A stretch of DNA of 64,000 bases, from assembly GCF_036971445.1 (NCBI RefSeq), contig NC_091480.1:61940001-62004000 (forward strand), read 5' to 3'. The translations under genes were made by a program, and so were the position numbers. This document shows, in pieces, positions 12,215-23,610 of the stretch. This DNA is from Narcine bancroftii. Its lineage: Eukaryota. Below the pieces are notes generated by a model. The model ran no database searches and was not told the DNA's origin. It saw only the letters and a program-made list of their open reading frames with translations. Every line of letters begins with the position of its first letter. Position 1 is the stretch's first letter.

Positions 12215-13627
12215 AGAATTTTAAAGTATGAAACAATTCTCATGGATAGGGATGATTTGACACCGATTATAAACAAAGAACAGAATCCAGCCGCCTTCTT
12301 GGTTTCTCCAGATTCTGATACTGTCCTCAATGATTTAGAGCATGTATGTTTAGAAGTGATAGATTTACAGACAAAAATTAGAGATGATTTAAGTGATGAA
12401 CCTTTACAGGAGGGTGAAATATGGTTTATTGATGGATCTTCCCGCTGCATTGACGGCATTCGGTATAGCGGGTATAGTGTAGTGGATGGGAATGAAGGAG
12501 TTGTGATTGAAAACGGTCGTCTTCCCAGTCATTGGTCGGCACAATCCTGTGAATTATATGCCCTCTGTAGAGCTCTCCAGGGTTTAGAGGGAAAGGTGGG
12601 CACAATCTATACCGACTCAAAGTATGCTTTTGGTGTAGTGCACACCTTTGGAAAGATTTGGAAAGAGCGGGGAATGATAACTGGGAAAGGACAAAAGTTG
12701 ATCCATGAAAACTTAATTGTTCAATCTTTAGATGCTCTTATGTTACCTGAGGAGATAGCTGTAGTTCATGTACGGGGCCATCAAATTATTGACAGTCCTG
12801 AAGCACAGGGGAACAGACGGGCAGATGAAGCTTCCAAACAGGCTGCACTCACAGAAAAAATTGACATGCAGCTATTACTCCCCACCCCACACGAGGTTAA
12901 AAAGACTCCCATCTTTTCACAGGAAGAGGAGGTTTATATGAAAGACCAGGGAATGCGTCAAACTGCCGATGGGTTGTGGTGGACGGCAGAGGGACACCAA
13001 GTACTAAACAAAGCCTTGGCTCATCAGATTATTGATCAGCTCCACCAGCAGACACATTGGGGAACACAGGCACTTGTTGATGCTTTTGTATGGTCCTTTA
13101 ATTGCTCGGGAATATACACCATAGCCAAGCAAAGTACTTGGGGGTGCCCAATCTGTCAGCGAGTGAATAAGAAACTCATGCACCAGGTAATGCCTGGCGG
13201 TCGCGATATAGCCGTACGCCGTTTCAACGAATACAGATTGACTTCACGGAATTACCTAAGAAAGGGGCTTATAAATACCTCCTAGTGATGGTGGATCATT
13301 TTACTCGATGGGTTGAGGATTTCCCGATCCCTAATGATCGTGCTAGCACCGTTATCCAGATATTACTAGAGTCTGTTATTCCGCATTATGGCATCATTCA
13401 AACCATTGACTCAGATCGAGGTACACATTTTACCTCTCAGGTACTCCAGGGTGTGTGTAAAATCCTGGGAATAGATTGGCAGTTACATACCCCATGGCAC
13501 CCCCAGTGTTCAGGCCGTGTTGAACGGATGAATCAGACCCTGAAAAATCAACTCACTCGACTTCATGAGGAAACTGGCCTCTCCTGGATTAAATGCTTAC
13601 CCTTAGCTTTGATTAGGACTCGCACAG

Positions 13628-13867
13628 TGTGATAGTACAGATCTATCACCAATGTATATAGTGTATATAGTTACTGTATCTAGACTGTGCTTACAGCGAT
13701 TGGCTGAGAGCTTAGCCACGTCTACTGTCTGGGCCTTAAAGGGTTGTGTCCCTAGCCAGGTCGGATCATTCCGGACAGGTCGGCCACCTGTGAAGAGCTC
13801 CTGTCTTTTGCTAATAAAAGCCTTGGTTTGGATCAACAAGTCTTTGGCTCTTTCGACGAGCTCTACA
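13628..13867 (+). mobile_element. Solo LTR, 240 bp
   Basis: TG...CA ends, AATAAA, 5-bp TSD CACAG; removal restores integrase IRTRT|APRKDL. Confidence 0.88.
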
Positions 13868-14734
13868 CACAGCTCCTCGTAAGGACCTTGCTGTCTCACC
13901 ATATGAAATGATGTTTGGTCTTCCTTACATGGGATTCCACACTGATACCCCTACCCCTGAGGCTGATGACCAGTATATATCTAAATATTTACAGGGACTT
14001 TCTACTTCTCTGTATGACTTAAGACAGAAGGATTTATTAGCTCAAAACCCACCCCTGGACTATCCTATTCATTCTGTTAAACCTGGTGATTGGGTATATG
14101 TAAAAGCATGGCAAGACCATAAACTAAAACCGATATGGGACGGCCCTTATTGTGTACTTCTGATTACAGACACTGCAGTGCGAACAAAAGAAAAGGGGTG
14201 GACTCACACACAACGCATTAAACAAGCTAATCCACGAACTAAAGACGTTGATAATATACCCTCCACCTGGCATGCAGTCTCACATCCTTCTGGCCTGAAA
14301 GTTACGCTACACCGGGAAAAAGTGCTTAATATTATTTTTATTATTTGCTGTATTGTTTTTCTGCTGGTTCCCAATTTTTGGGAAACCACCCAATTGTACA
14401 CAATGTATTAAGTCCTCCTGGAATAGGGGTAGCAGAGGTGATAATTACTTTGAGGAATGGACAAGTTTACCTTTAGAATGCAGACAGGGGACAGGTATAG
14501 AGTGTATTCATAGTGGGGTACCTTATTTAGTATGGTTTAATTTAGGATCCCAACATGGAGCAGGGAAACAGAACTGCCTGGGGAGTGGATTGGGTTTGCG
14601 TCCCGGCCTCTACAGATATTAAAGAGATGAGTGCTAAAAATATGGAACAAAGAAGATGGTGGGAAAATGATAGGCAGAACATTAGTCAGGGCTGTGAGAG
14701 ATGAGTAACACTGATCTAAAAGAAAAGTGAGGAT

Positions 14735-15253
14735 TGTGAGAGACGAGTAAAACTGATATAAAAATATGAAGATGAGGAAACTAAAATAGATATATGGGTA
14801 AATGAATAAAGCCAGTATGAATAAGATAAGAATAGATATTAGAATGTAGGAGTAAAGTTAGTCTGAATAAGATAAGGGTCTTCTAGCCTTAGACAGAATT
14901 AGCAAGTTCTGAATGTAAGAAGTTAGTCAGCCCTGAGGGTCAGGAAGGTGTGAATAAGGACAATGACATGATGGGACATTGACAGGATACCCCCTGGTCC
15001 TCCAAGTTCACAGAAACAGCACGAAGGCAGACAGGATTGCCTAATGCCAAACTCATCCAGGAGGCAGAAGAATGTAAGGGGGAGGGTACTTCTATACTGA
15101 AATCAACTGTATAAAAGTTGGGTGAGCCCCAGTGTATGTGTGTATTCCCAGGGTAAGGGGAAGCACCCAACTTTGCATTGTTGTAGAATAAATGTTCTTT
15201 GTTCTCAATTTTTGTCTCGAGCAATTTCTGTGAAGGTACTTCTATTTCTAACA
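14735..15253 (+). repeat. ERV LTR shared by the two proviruses
   Basis: PPT 14718-14734 upstream, TG...CA ends, TATAAAA ~15110, AATAAA ~15187, PBS downstream. Confidence 0.92.
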
Positions 15254-15255
15254 AA

Positions 15256-15273
15256 TGGGGGCTTGTCCGGGAT
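15256..15273 (+). promoter_or_regulatory. Primer-binding site, tRNA-Pro
   Basis: TGGGGGCTTGTCCGGGAT, one mismatch from canonical TGGGGGCTCGTCCGGGAT. Confidence 0.92.
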
Positions 15274-16554
15274 CCCACTCCGTCCACTGACAGAGTGCCC
15301 GACGACGGGGGTAGGTGCACCCAAACTGATTCAGCTGGACTCACGGACGAAGGGTGACTGGTCAGTGGATGAAGCGAATGATATCCGAGAAGAGGCATTG
15401 AGAACAAACAACAAGAGGACGTTAAGGAAGCACGCTAGAACTAGCTACTGGATCTCGGTAAGAGAAATTTTACTTACCTGTTAGTATGGGAGGTGTGAGT
15501 AGTAAGGAAGAGAGTCCTAAGGAAGGATGGGAAGATCAGATAACCAAGCAAAGTCCGTTAGGATTAATGCTATCTGATTGGGGTGCGGGGAGAACCCGTG
15601 GGAAAGACATACTGACCATGGTCAGGTATTGCTGTTTGGAATGGGTTAAAAGTCCGATAAAAGGGAGTTCAGTATATTGGCCAAAGCTCGGATCCGAGAA
15701 TGACTGGATGTGTCAGGCATTGAACATCTGGCTCTATCAAAACCAAAGAGATAATCTTGAGAGCAGGGAATACGCAGCCTGCTGGCTCAGGGGATCCTTT
15801 GATCAACTGGTTTTGAATGAAAAGGAATGCAAGGACAAGAAAGATAAGGAACCTTTTGTCCCTGAAACACAAGGATGGGATGTGTTACAGTCCCTTCCTC
15901 CACCTTATGCTCCTCCTATGCCGGCTCCTATCTTTCCCCTCTCTCCTATGCGCTACCCTTCTGCACCTTCCCCTCCTCCCCCACGGCTAAAGAAAGGAGA
16001 AGAAAGTAGGGGTGGTATGATGACCTGTTCACAAAGTACTAGATTACCACCTCAATTGACAAGAGAGGGAGGAGACTTTGATTCAAAACAGTGTGAGACC
16101 CTCCGGGAGGGAAGGGCAGACCAGAACCCTTTGATTCATTTCCCGGAGAGCAGGAATCTAGACATTATAAAGGAGAGGATAAGCCAGAAATTAACTGGAT
16201 GAGACCTTTACGGGAAGTTCCCATGGGAGGGGGTCTCGGTTTTGTAAATGTGCCCCTGACTAGTACGGAGGTGCGTAATTTTAAGAGAGAATGCCCAATA
16301 AACAGAAAGGAAAGGCGAAGATTTTGATGCAGGCAGTCAAGGAAGTTGTGGAGGGACAGCAAGGAAAGGGTAGGGGGTGTGTGCCAGCTCCTGGACATTG
16401 GGAGGAGCTCCGGGAGTGAGAGAATAGAGACCAGAGCAGGGGCAAGGGTAGAGGGGAATTCCGGGGACAACGACTGTTCCCGGGACCTCGTGGTAATCCC
16501 GGTAGGAATTGGGAAACAGGAGCATTAGTTTCCTACCATTGTAAAAGGAGGGAC

Positions 16555-18971
16555 TTTTTTTTTTTAATTTTTTTATTTTTCACACCATAAATCACATTAG
16601 CCATGATATACACTATTTCTTTTTCACACATATACAGTGACTTTTTCTCCCCCCCCCCTTTCCTCCCAAACCACCCCCCAACCCTCCCCCTCTCATCCAT
16701 TTTAGGTATACAATCTAGGTTGCATTAAGCCAGTCAGACAATGTTGTCATTCAACAAAATTACACCAGAAATTCTACTGAGTCCATTCTTTTCTTTCCTT
16801 CTCCTTCCATCAACTTAGGTAATGTTTGTCCCCGGTAGGTTTTCGCTATTGTATTTAATGTAATGCTCCTATACTTGTTCGAATATTTCAATATTATTTC
16901 TTAACCTATATGTTATTTTTTCTAATGGAATACATTTATTCATTTAAATTTAGTAGTTTCTTCCTTTTAATTTGGTTATGTATTCCATTAATATTTAAAG
17001 ACATATAGTTCAGCGTAGCCCTTTTATATTTTGTTTATCTTCTCTTTCCGTTTTTCCATCATTACCTTTCCTCCTTTTCCATTTCTGTTTTCTTATTTTC
17101 AACTCTTTATAAGACAACATTCCTACAACATCCAACATTTTCCTTATTCTCCTATTTCTATCTTATTTATCCCCAATCTCCCCTTCACCTCCTGAGTTGT
17201 CCTTTATCCCTTGTCGGACAACCACATCTCCCCTCTCCATTTGGATTTGCGAATCCACTCGCAAGCGTCAACTGATTTTGCAGTGACCGCTATTTCCCCC
17301 CCCCCCAGCCTCCCCCAGAAAAGATTTCACTTTTCATATGTCACAAAGGTCACTCTTTTAATTCCCTCCTTATTCTCCCTATTCCATTACCTTCCCTTAT
17401 TAATTCTTGTCTATACTATCTATATTTTCCTCTAAGTACAGATACATTCATGTATGCTCATTGTCTCTATTCACTCTTATACCTCTTTACCCGCATACAT
17501 ATCAATCGTGATCATTTTTACTCTCATTACCCGTCTTCATCCCTCAGTCTATTTTTGTCTTTACCCACATACATATCAATCGTGATCATTTTAACTCTCA
17601 TTACCCGTCTTCCTCCCTCAGTCTATTTTTGTAATTGTTCTGCAAATTTTCGTGCTTCTTCTGGATCCGAGAATAGTCTGTTTTGTTGTCCTGGAATAAA
17701 TATTTTCAATACCGCTGGATGCTTTAGTATAAATTTATACCCTTTCTTCCATAAAATCGCCTTTGCTGTATTGAACTCTTTTCTCTTCTTTAGGAGTTCA
17801 AAACTTATATCTGGATAAATGAAGATTTTTTGCCCTTTATACTCCAGTGGTTTGTTGCCCTCTCTTACTTTTTCCATTGTCTTCTCCAGTACCTTTTCTC
17901 TTGTAGTATATCTTAGGAATTTTACTACAATAGATCTTGGTTTTTGTTGTGGTTGTGGTTTAGAGGCCAATACTCTATGTGCCCTTTCTATTTCCATTTC
18001 TTGCTGTAGTTCTGGACATCCTAGGGTCTTAGGGATCCACTCTTTTATAAACTCCCTCATATTCTTGCCTTCTTCATCTTCCTTAAGGCCCACTATCTTT
18101 ATGTTATTTCTTCTGTTATGGTTTTCCATTGTATCTATTTTTTGAGCTAGTAGTTCTTGTGTCTCTTTAGTTTTTTTATTAGATTTCTCCAATTTCTTTT
18201 TTAAGTCTTCTACCTCTATTTCTGCTGCTACTGCCCGCTCTTCCATCTTGTCCATTTTCTTTCCCATTTCTGTTAAGGTCATCTCCATTTTATTTATTTT
18301 CTCTTCTGTGTTGTTTATTCTTTTTCTTAAATCCTTAAATTCCTGTGTTTGCCATTCTTTAAATGACTCCATGTATCCTTTAATAAGAGAAAGTATATCC
18401 TTTACCTTGCCTTTCTTTTCTTCTTCTATTTCACCGTACTCTTCCTCTTCCTCTTCTTCTTCCTCTGGGTTGGTCATCTGTTGTTTCTTTGTTGCCCTTT
18501 TCTTCTCTTCTTTCTTGTTTCCATTGTCTTCTGTGGTCTCTTCTTGCTGCAGGTGTTCTGCAGCTGTCGTTGCCGGCTGTGGAGATCGACTCCCCAGCTG
18601 GTCCCCCCTCCCGTCGGTGTGTTTTTTTTCATTCGCATCGCGCATGCGCGGTTGCGCACTTTTACTCGGCTCTGCGAGCCATTTTTGTAGTCCATTATTT
18701 ACCGACCTGAGGGAGCGGGTTTCTCTCTCCGCAGCGGGCCTCTTCGGACAGGTAAGGCCTTCACCTTTTTCCTCCTTTGTCTTCTCTTCCTCTCTTCTTA
18801 CCGTTGCTTTCGATTTTTCTTTTTTTGTCGCCATCTTCTTCCCACCTTTATACTCACTTTTCTGTAACTTTTATTTCTGTGCCTTTGTGTTTTCCTTTGT
18901 TTTTCCCGACTTTTCTGGAGAGGGCTGGAGTTCACCGTCCGGCCACTACTCCATCACGTGACTCCTCCCCC
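16555..18971 (-). mobile_element. ORF1-only non-autonomous L1 (HAL1-like), copy B
   Basis: Near-identical to copy A with the same deletion junction; poly(T) at 16555; TSD AAAGGAGGGAC (16544-16554 / 18972-18982). Confidence 0.93.
17623..18834 (-). CDS. L1 ORF1p-like protein, 403 aa
   Basis: About 10 aa differences from 2965-4176; intact. Confidence 0.9.
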   Translation of the reverse strand: MATKKEKSKATVRREEEKTKEEKGEGLTCPKRPAAERETRSLRSVNNGLQKWLAEPSKSAQPRMRDANEKKHTDGRGDQLGSRSPQPATTAAEHLQQEETTEDNGNKKEEKKRATKKQQMTNPEEEEEEEEEYGEIEEEKKGKVKDILSLIKGYMESFKEWQTQEFKDLRKRINNTEEKINKMEMTLTEMGKKMDKMEERAVAAEIEVEDLKKKLEKSNKKTKETQELLAQKIDTMENHNRRNNIKIVGLKEDEEGKNMREFIKEWIPKTLGCPELQQEMEIERAHRVLASKPQPQQKPRSIVVKFLRYTTREKVLEKTMEKVREGNKPLEYKGQKIFIYPDISFELLKKRKEFNTAKAILWKKGYKFILKHPAVLKIFIPGQQNRLFSDPEEARKFAEQLQK

Positions 18972-19038
18972 AAAGGAGGGACATTTTAAGAGAGAATGCC
19001 CAATGCAAGCCAGGGAGACGCGACTTTACGCACTGATG

Positions 19039-22000
19039 TGTTGGAATATAGGGGTTAATTAATCATAGAAAATATGTAGAATATATGCTGATGTACTATT
19101 CAGTTTGTATACATGAATCCAGTACTATGTAACAATTTTATATTTACCTCATGCTGAAGGGAAAGAGTAATGTAAGTAAGGGGCAGCCACAGTATGTAGC
19201 AAAGTTGGCTGATTACAGTAGGTTTAGAATTGCCTGCTCCCAAAATACAAAAGAGAGGATATGTATGAAACAATTTAGTAGGAAGTTAAGGCAAAAGGAG
19301 GTGTTGATTAGCACAAACAAAAATAATCCTGACAGAGACTGTCAGAAACAAAGAGAATGGAATCAGTAAGAAGCTAAGACAGAAGGAGGTGTTGAGTCAC
19401 TTTGGCTTGGCTTCGCGGACGAAGATTTATGGAGGGGGTAAAAAGTCCACGTCAGCTGCAGGCTCGTTTGTGGCTGACCAGTCCGATGCGGGACAGGCAG
19501 ACACGATTGCAGCGGTTGCAAGGGAAAATTGGTTGGTTGGGGTTGGGTGTTGGGTTTTTCCTCCTTTGCCTTTTGTCAGTGAGGTGGGCTCTGCGGTCTT
19601 CTTCAAAGGAGGCTGCTGCCCGCCAAACTGTGAGGCGCCAAGATGCACGGTTTGAGGCGTTATCAGCCCACTGGCGGTGGTCAATGTGGCAGGCACCAAG
19701 AGATTTCTTTAGGCAGTCCTTGTACCTTTTCTTTGGTGCACCTCTGTCACGGTGGCCAGTGGAGAGCTCACCATATAATACGATCTTGGGAAGGCGATGG
19801 TCCTCCATTCTGGAGACGTGACCCATCCAGCGCAGCTGGATCTTCAGCAGCGTGGACTCGATGCTGTCGACCTCTGCCATCTCGAGTACCTCGACGTTAG
19901 GGGTGTGAGCGCTCCAATGGATGTTGAGGATGGAGCGGAGACAACGCTGGTGGAAGCGTTCTAGGAGCCGTAGATGGTGCCGGTAGAGGACCCATGATTC
20001 GGAGCCGAACAGGAGTGTGGGTATGACAACGGCTCTGTATACGCTTATCTTTGTGAGGTTTTTCAGTTGGTTGTTTTTCCAGACTCTTTTGTGTAGTCTT
20101 CCAAAGGCGCTATTTGCCTTGGCGAGTCTGTTGTCTATCTCATTGTCGATCCTTGCATCTGATGAAATGGTGCAGCCGAGATAGGTAAACTGGTTGACCG
20201 TTTTGAGTTTTGTGTGCCCGATGGAGATGTGGGGGGGCTGGTAGTCATGGTGGGGAGCTGGCTGATGGAGGACCTCAGTTTTCTTCAGGCTGACTTCCAG
20301 GCCAAACATTTTGGCAGTTTCCGCAAAGCAGGACGTCAAGCGCTGAAGAGCTGGCTCTGAATGGGCAACTAAAGCGGCATCATCTGCAAAGAGTAGTTCA
20401 CGGACAAGTTTCTCTTGTGTCTTGGTGTGAGCTTGCAGGCGCCTCAGATTGAAGAGACTGCCATCCGTGCGGTACCGGATGTAAACAGCGTCTTCATTGT
20501 TGGGGTCTTTCATGGCTTGGTTCAGCATCATGCTGAAGAAGATTGAAAAGAGGGTTGGTGCGAGAACACAGCCTTGCTTCACGCCATTGTTAATGGAGAA
20601 GGGTTCAGAGAGCTCATTGCTGTATCTGACCCGACCTTGTTGGTTTTCGTGCAGTTGGATAATCATGTTGAGGAACTTTGGGGGACATCCGATGCGCTCT
20701 AGTATTTGCCAAAGCCCTTTCCTGCTCACGGTGTCGAAGGCTTTGGTGAGGTCAACAAAGGTGATGTAGAGTCCTTTGTTTTGTTCTCTACACTTTTCTT
20801 GGAGCTGTCTGAGGGCAAAGACCATGTCAGTGGTTCCTCTGTTAGCGCGAAAGCCGCACTGTGATTCTGGGAGAATATTCTCAGCGACACTAGGTATTAT
20901 TCTATTTAGTAGAATCCTAGCGAAGATTTTGCCTGCAATGGAGAGCAACGTGATTCCCCTGTAGTTTGAGCAGTCTGATTTCTCGCCTTTGTTTTTGTAC
21001 AGGGTGATGATGGTGGCATCACGAAGATCCTGAGGCAGTTTACCTTGGTCCCAACAAAGCTTGAAAAACTCATGCAGTTTGGCATGCAGAGTTTTGCCGC
21101 CAGCCTTCCAGACTTCTGGGGGGATTCCATCCATACCTGCTGCTTTGCCACTTTTCAGTTGTTCGATTGCCTTATATGTCTCATCCCCTCCACGTCCTCC
21201 CCCTCCACGTCCTCCCCCTCCACGTCCTCCCCCTCAAAAGATGCTCACAAACTCAAGCTAGCATGCTGGAACATCAGAACCATGCTAGATAAGACTGACA
21301 GCCATCGACCTGAACGTCGGTCTGCCCTCATTGCACATGAACTCCTCAGACTTGACATCGACATAGCCGCTCTCAGTGAAGTCCGCCTGGCAGATGTAGG
21401 CAGCTTCCAAGAACGCGGCGCGGGCTACACACTCTACTGGTCTGGCAAGCCTTCGGATGAACGACGCCTATCTGGTGTAGGCTTCATGGTCAAGAGCTTC
21501 ATTGCCTCCAAACTCGAAAACCTTCCGACAGGCCTCTCGGACCGAATCATGTCCATGCGACTCCCCCTTCAAAACAAGCGTCACATCACCCTCATCAGTG
21601 TCTATGCTCCAACCCTCCAGGCGGAACCAGCAGAAAAGAACAAGTTCTACACCGACCTGCGCAACCTCATCCAACGTACCCCTACAGCCGACAAGGTTGT
21701 CATCCTGGGCGACTTCAACGCTCGTGTCGGCAAAGACTCAGAAACCTGGCCAGGAATCCTGGGCAAGCATGGCGTCGGCAAGTGCAACGACAATGGGCGC
21801 CTCCTGTTGGAGCTCTGCGCAGAACAGCGGCTTGTCATTACAAACACCCTTTTTCAGCAGAGGGACAGCCTTAAGACCACCTGGATGCATCCCCGATCCA
21901 AACACTGGCACCTCCTGGACTACATCCTGGTGCGAGAAAGTGACAAACGAGATGTGCTCCACACCAGGGTCATGCCTAGCGCGGAATGCCACACTGACCA

Positions 22001-23147
22001 CCGGCTGGTTCGCTGCAAGCTCAACCTTCACTTCAAGCCAAAGCCCAGGAACAATAAAGCCCCCAGAAAGAGGTTCAATGTTGGAAAACTGCAGTCAGAC
22101 GAAGCGAGAGGAAACTTCCAGGCAAACCTCAAAGCAAAGCTCGACGTTGCAACCCGCCTCACGGACCCGTCCCCTGAAACCCTCTGGGATCAGTTGAAGA
22201 CTACCATACTGCAATCCACTGAAGAGGTACTGGGCTTCTCCTCCAGGAAAAACAAGGACTGGTTTGACGAAAACAGCCAGGAAATCCAGGAGCTGCTGGC
22301 AAAGAAGCGAGCTGCCCACCAGGCTCACCTTACAAAGCCGTCCTGTCCAGAGAAGAAACAAGCCTTCCGTCGCGCATGCAGCCATCTTCAGCGCAAACTC
22401 CGGGAGATCCAAAATGAGTGGTGGACTAGCCTCGCCAAACGAACACAGCTCAGCGCGGACATTGGCGACTTCAGGGGTTTCTACGAGGCTCTAAAGGCTG
22501 TGTACGGCCCCTCACCCCAAGTCCAAAGCCCGCTGCGCAGCTCAGACGGCAAAGTCCTCCTCAGCGACAAGATCTCCATCCTCAACCGATGGTCAGAACA
22601 CTTCCAATCTCTTTTCAGTACCAACCGCTCAGTCCAAGATTCCGCCCTGCTCCAGCTCCCTCAACAGCCCCTAAGGCTAGAGCTGGATGAGGTTCCCACC
22701 CTGGATGAGGTGTTGAGTAGAACAGAAGAATATGGCCAGATGAGAACAAAGAAATAATTAGAAATATCTGGGGTATGAATTGATTTCTGATCAAACAACA
22801 GGATATTCTGACCTTGAGGATTAAGATGGGAGCTCCACTCCCCAGATAACTGCAGAGCAGGAAATTGCGTGATAAATCTTATGCAAGAAATCTAGCAAAG
22901 AAAGCCAACTTTTGTTCTGTATAAGGTTGAGCGATATAAACTGTAGAGACTGGACAGTAGAGGTCAGTCTTGGGGAATAGCTCACTGTGCAGGTGACCTA
23001 TGAACTAATGACGGAACCAGAGCTCTGTTAAGATTTATTCTTATGCTGTGTAATAAGCTGATTCTCCTATCACTTCATTTAACGAACACGCTGGACTCAG
23101 ACGACACATAGACTAAATTAAGGGTAGGGCAAAGCCAGAGTCCGACA
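19039..23147 (+). mobile_element. Solo LTR (~790 bp) split by an RTE insertion
   Basis: TGTTGGA...TCCGACA ends, 4-bp TSD GATG (19035-19038 / 23148-23151), TATA-like GATATAAA ~22933. Confidence 0.8.
19398..22706 (-). mobile_element. RTE-clade LINE, near full length, 5' half inverted
   Basis: RT and C-terminal zinc-finger ORF 19452-21134 (-; QG, FADD); APE endonuclease ORF on + strand ~21240-22706; TSD GAGGTGTTGAGT (19386-19397 / 22707-22718). Confidence 0.93.
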
Positions 23148-23610
23148 GATGGAAGCAGATTATGAATGGGGGTGGGGGGGGGGTCACGGTTCTCAGTCAA
23201 TACACACCGTGGGGCTGCACGGAGAACCATTGGTCAATTTAAGCATAGGACCCCACAGTGACAAGATGGTATATTTAGTAGATTCTGGGGCAGCCCGGTC
23301 TAGTATTTTACAACCACCCGAGGGTGTTAAGATAGAGGGGACAGTGATGATTTCGGGAGTAGGAGGAAGAGACTTTACGGTCCCTGTATTAAGAGATGTA
23401 AGAATACAAATGGGAGAAAAGGTAATAACAGAGGATATTTTACTAATTCCCCAAGCTGGAGTTTGTTTGTTATGACGAGATTTACAGGACCAATTGGCTA
23501 ACGGCACCAGACCACAGGAATCAGGTATCGGGGTTCAATTGTATGTATTAAGCGAGTAAGATCGAGAACTAATAAATCCTGGAGTATGGGCAGAAAGAGG
23601 CAATAGAGGA

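Larger units (their letters stand above)
2229..15253 (+). mobile_element. Class I (gamma/epsilon-like) endogenous retrovirus, provirus 1, defective
   Basis: U3 remnant TGTGAGAG from 2229 fused into gag; gag with CCHC knuckle; TAG 6396; protease LVDSGA; RT LPQG; RNase H; integrase; env N-terminus; PPT and 3' LTR. Multiple stops and four nested insertions. Confidence 0.92.

Noticed and set aside
21045..22757. Stand-alone 570-aa endonuclease gene; similar chimeric ORFs at 8866-9663 and 12050-13285
   Set aside because: ORFs run across insertion or inversion junctions.
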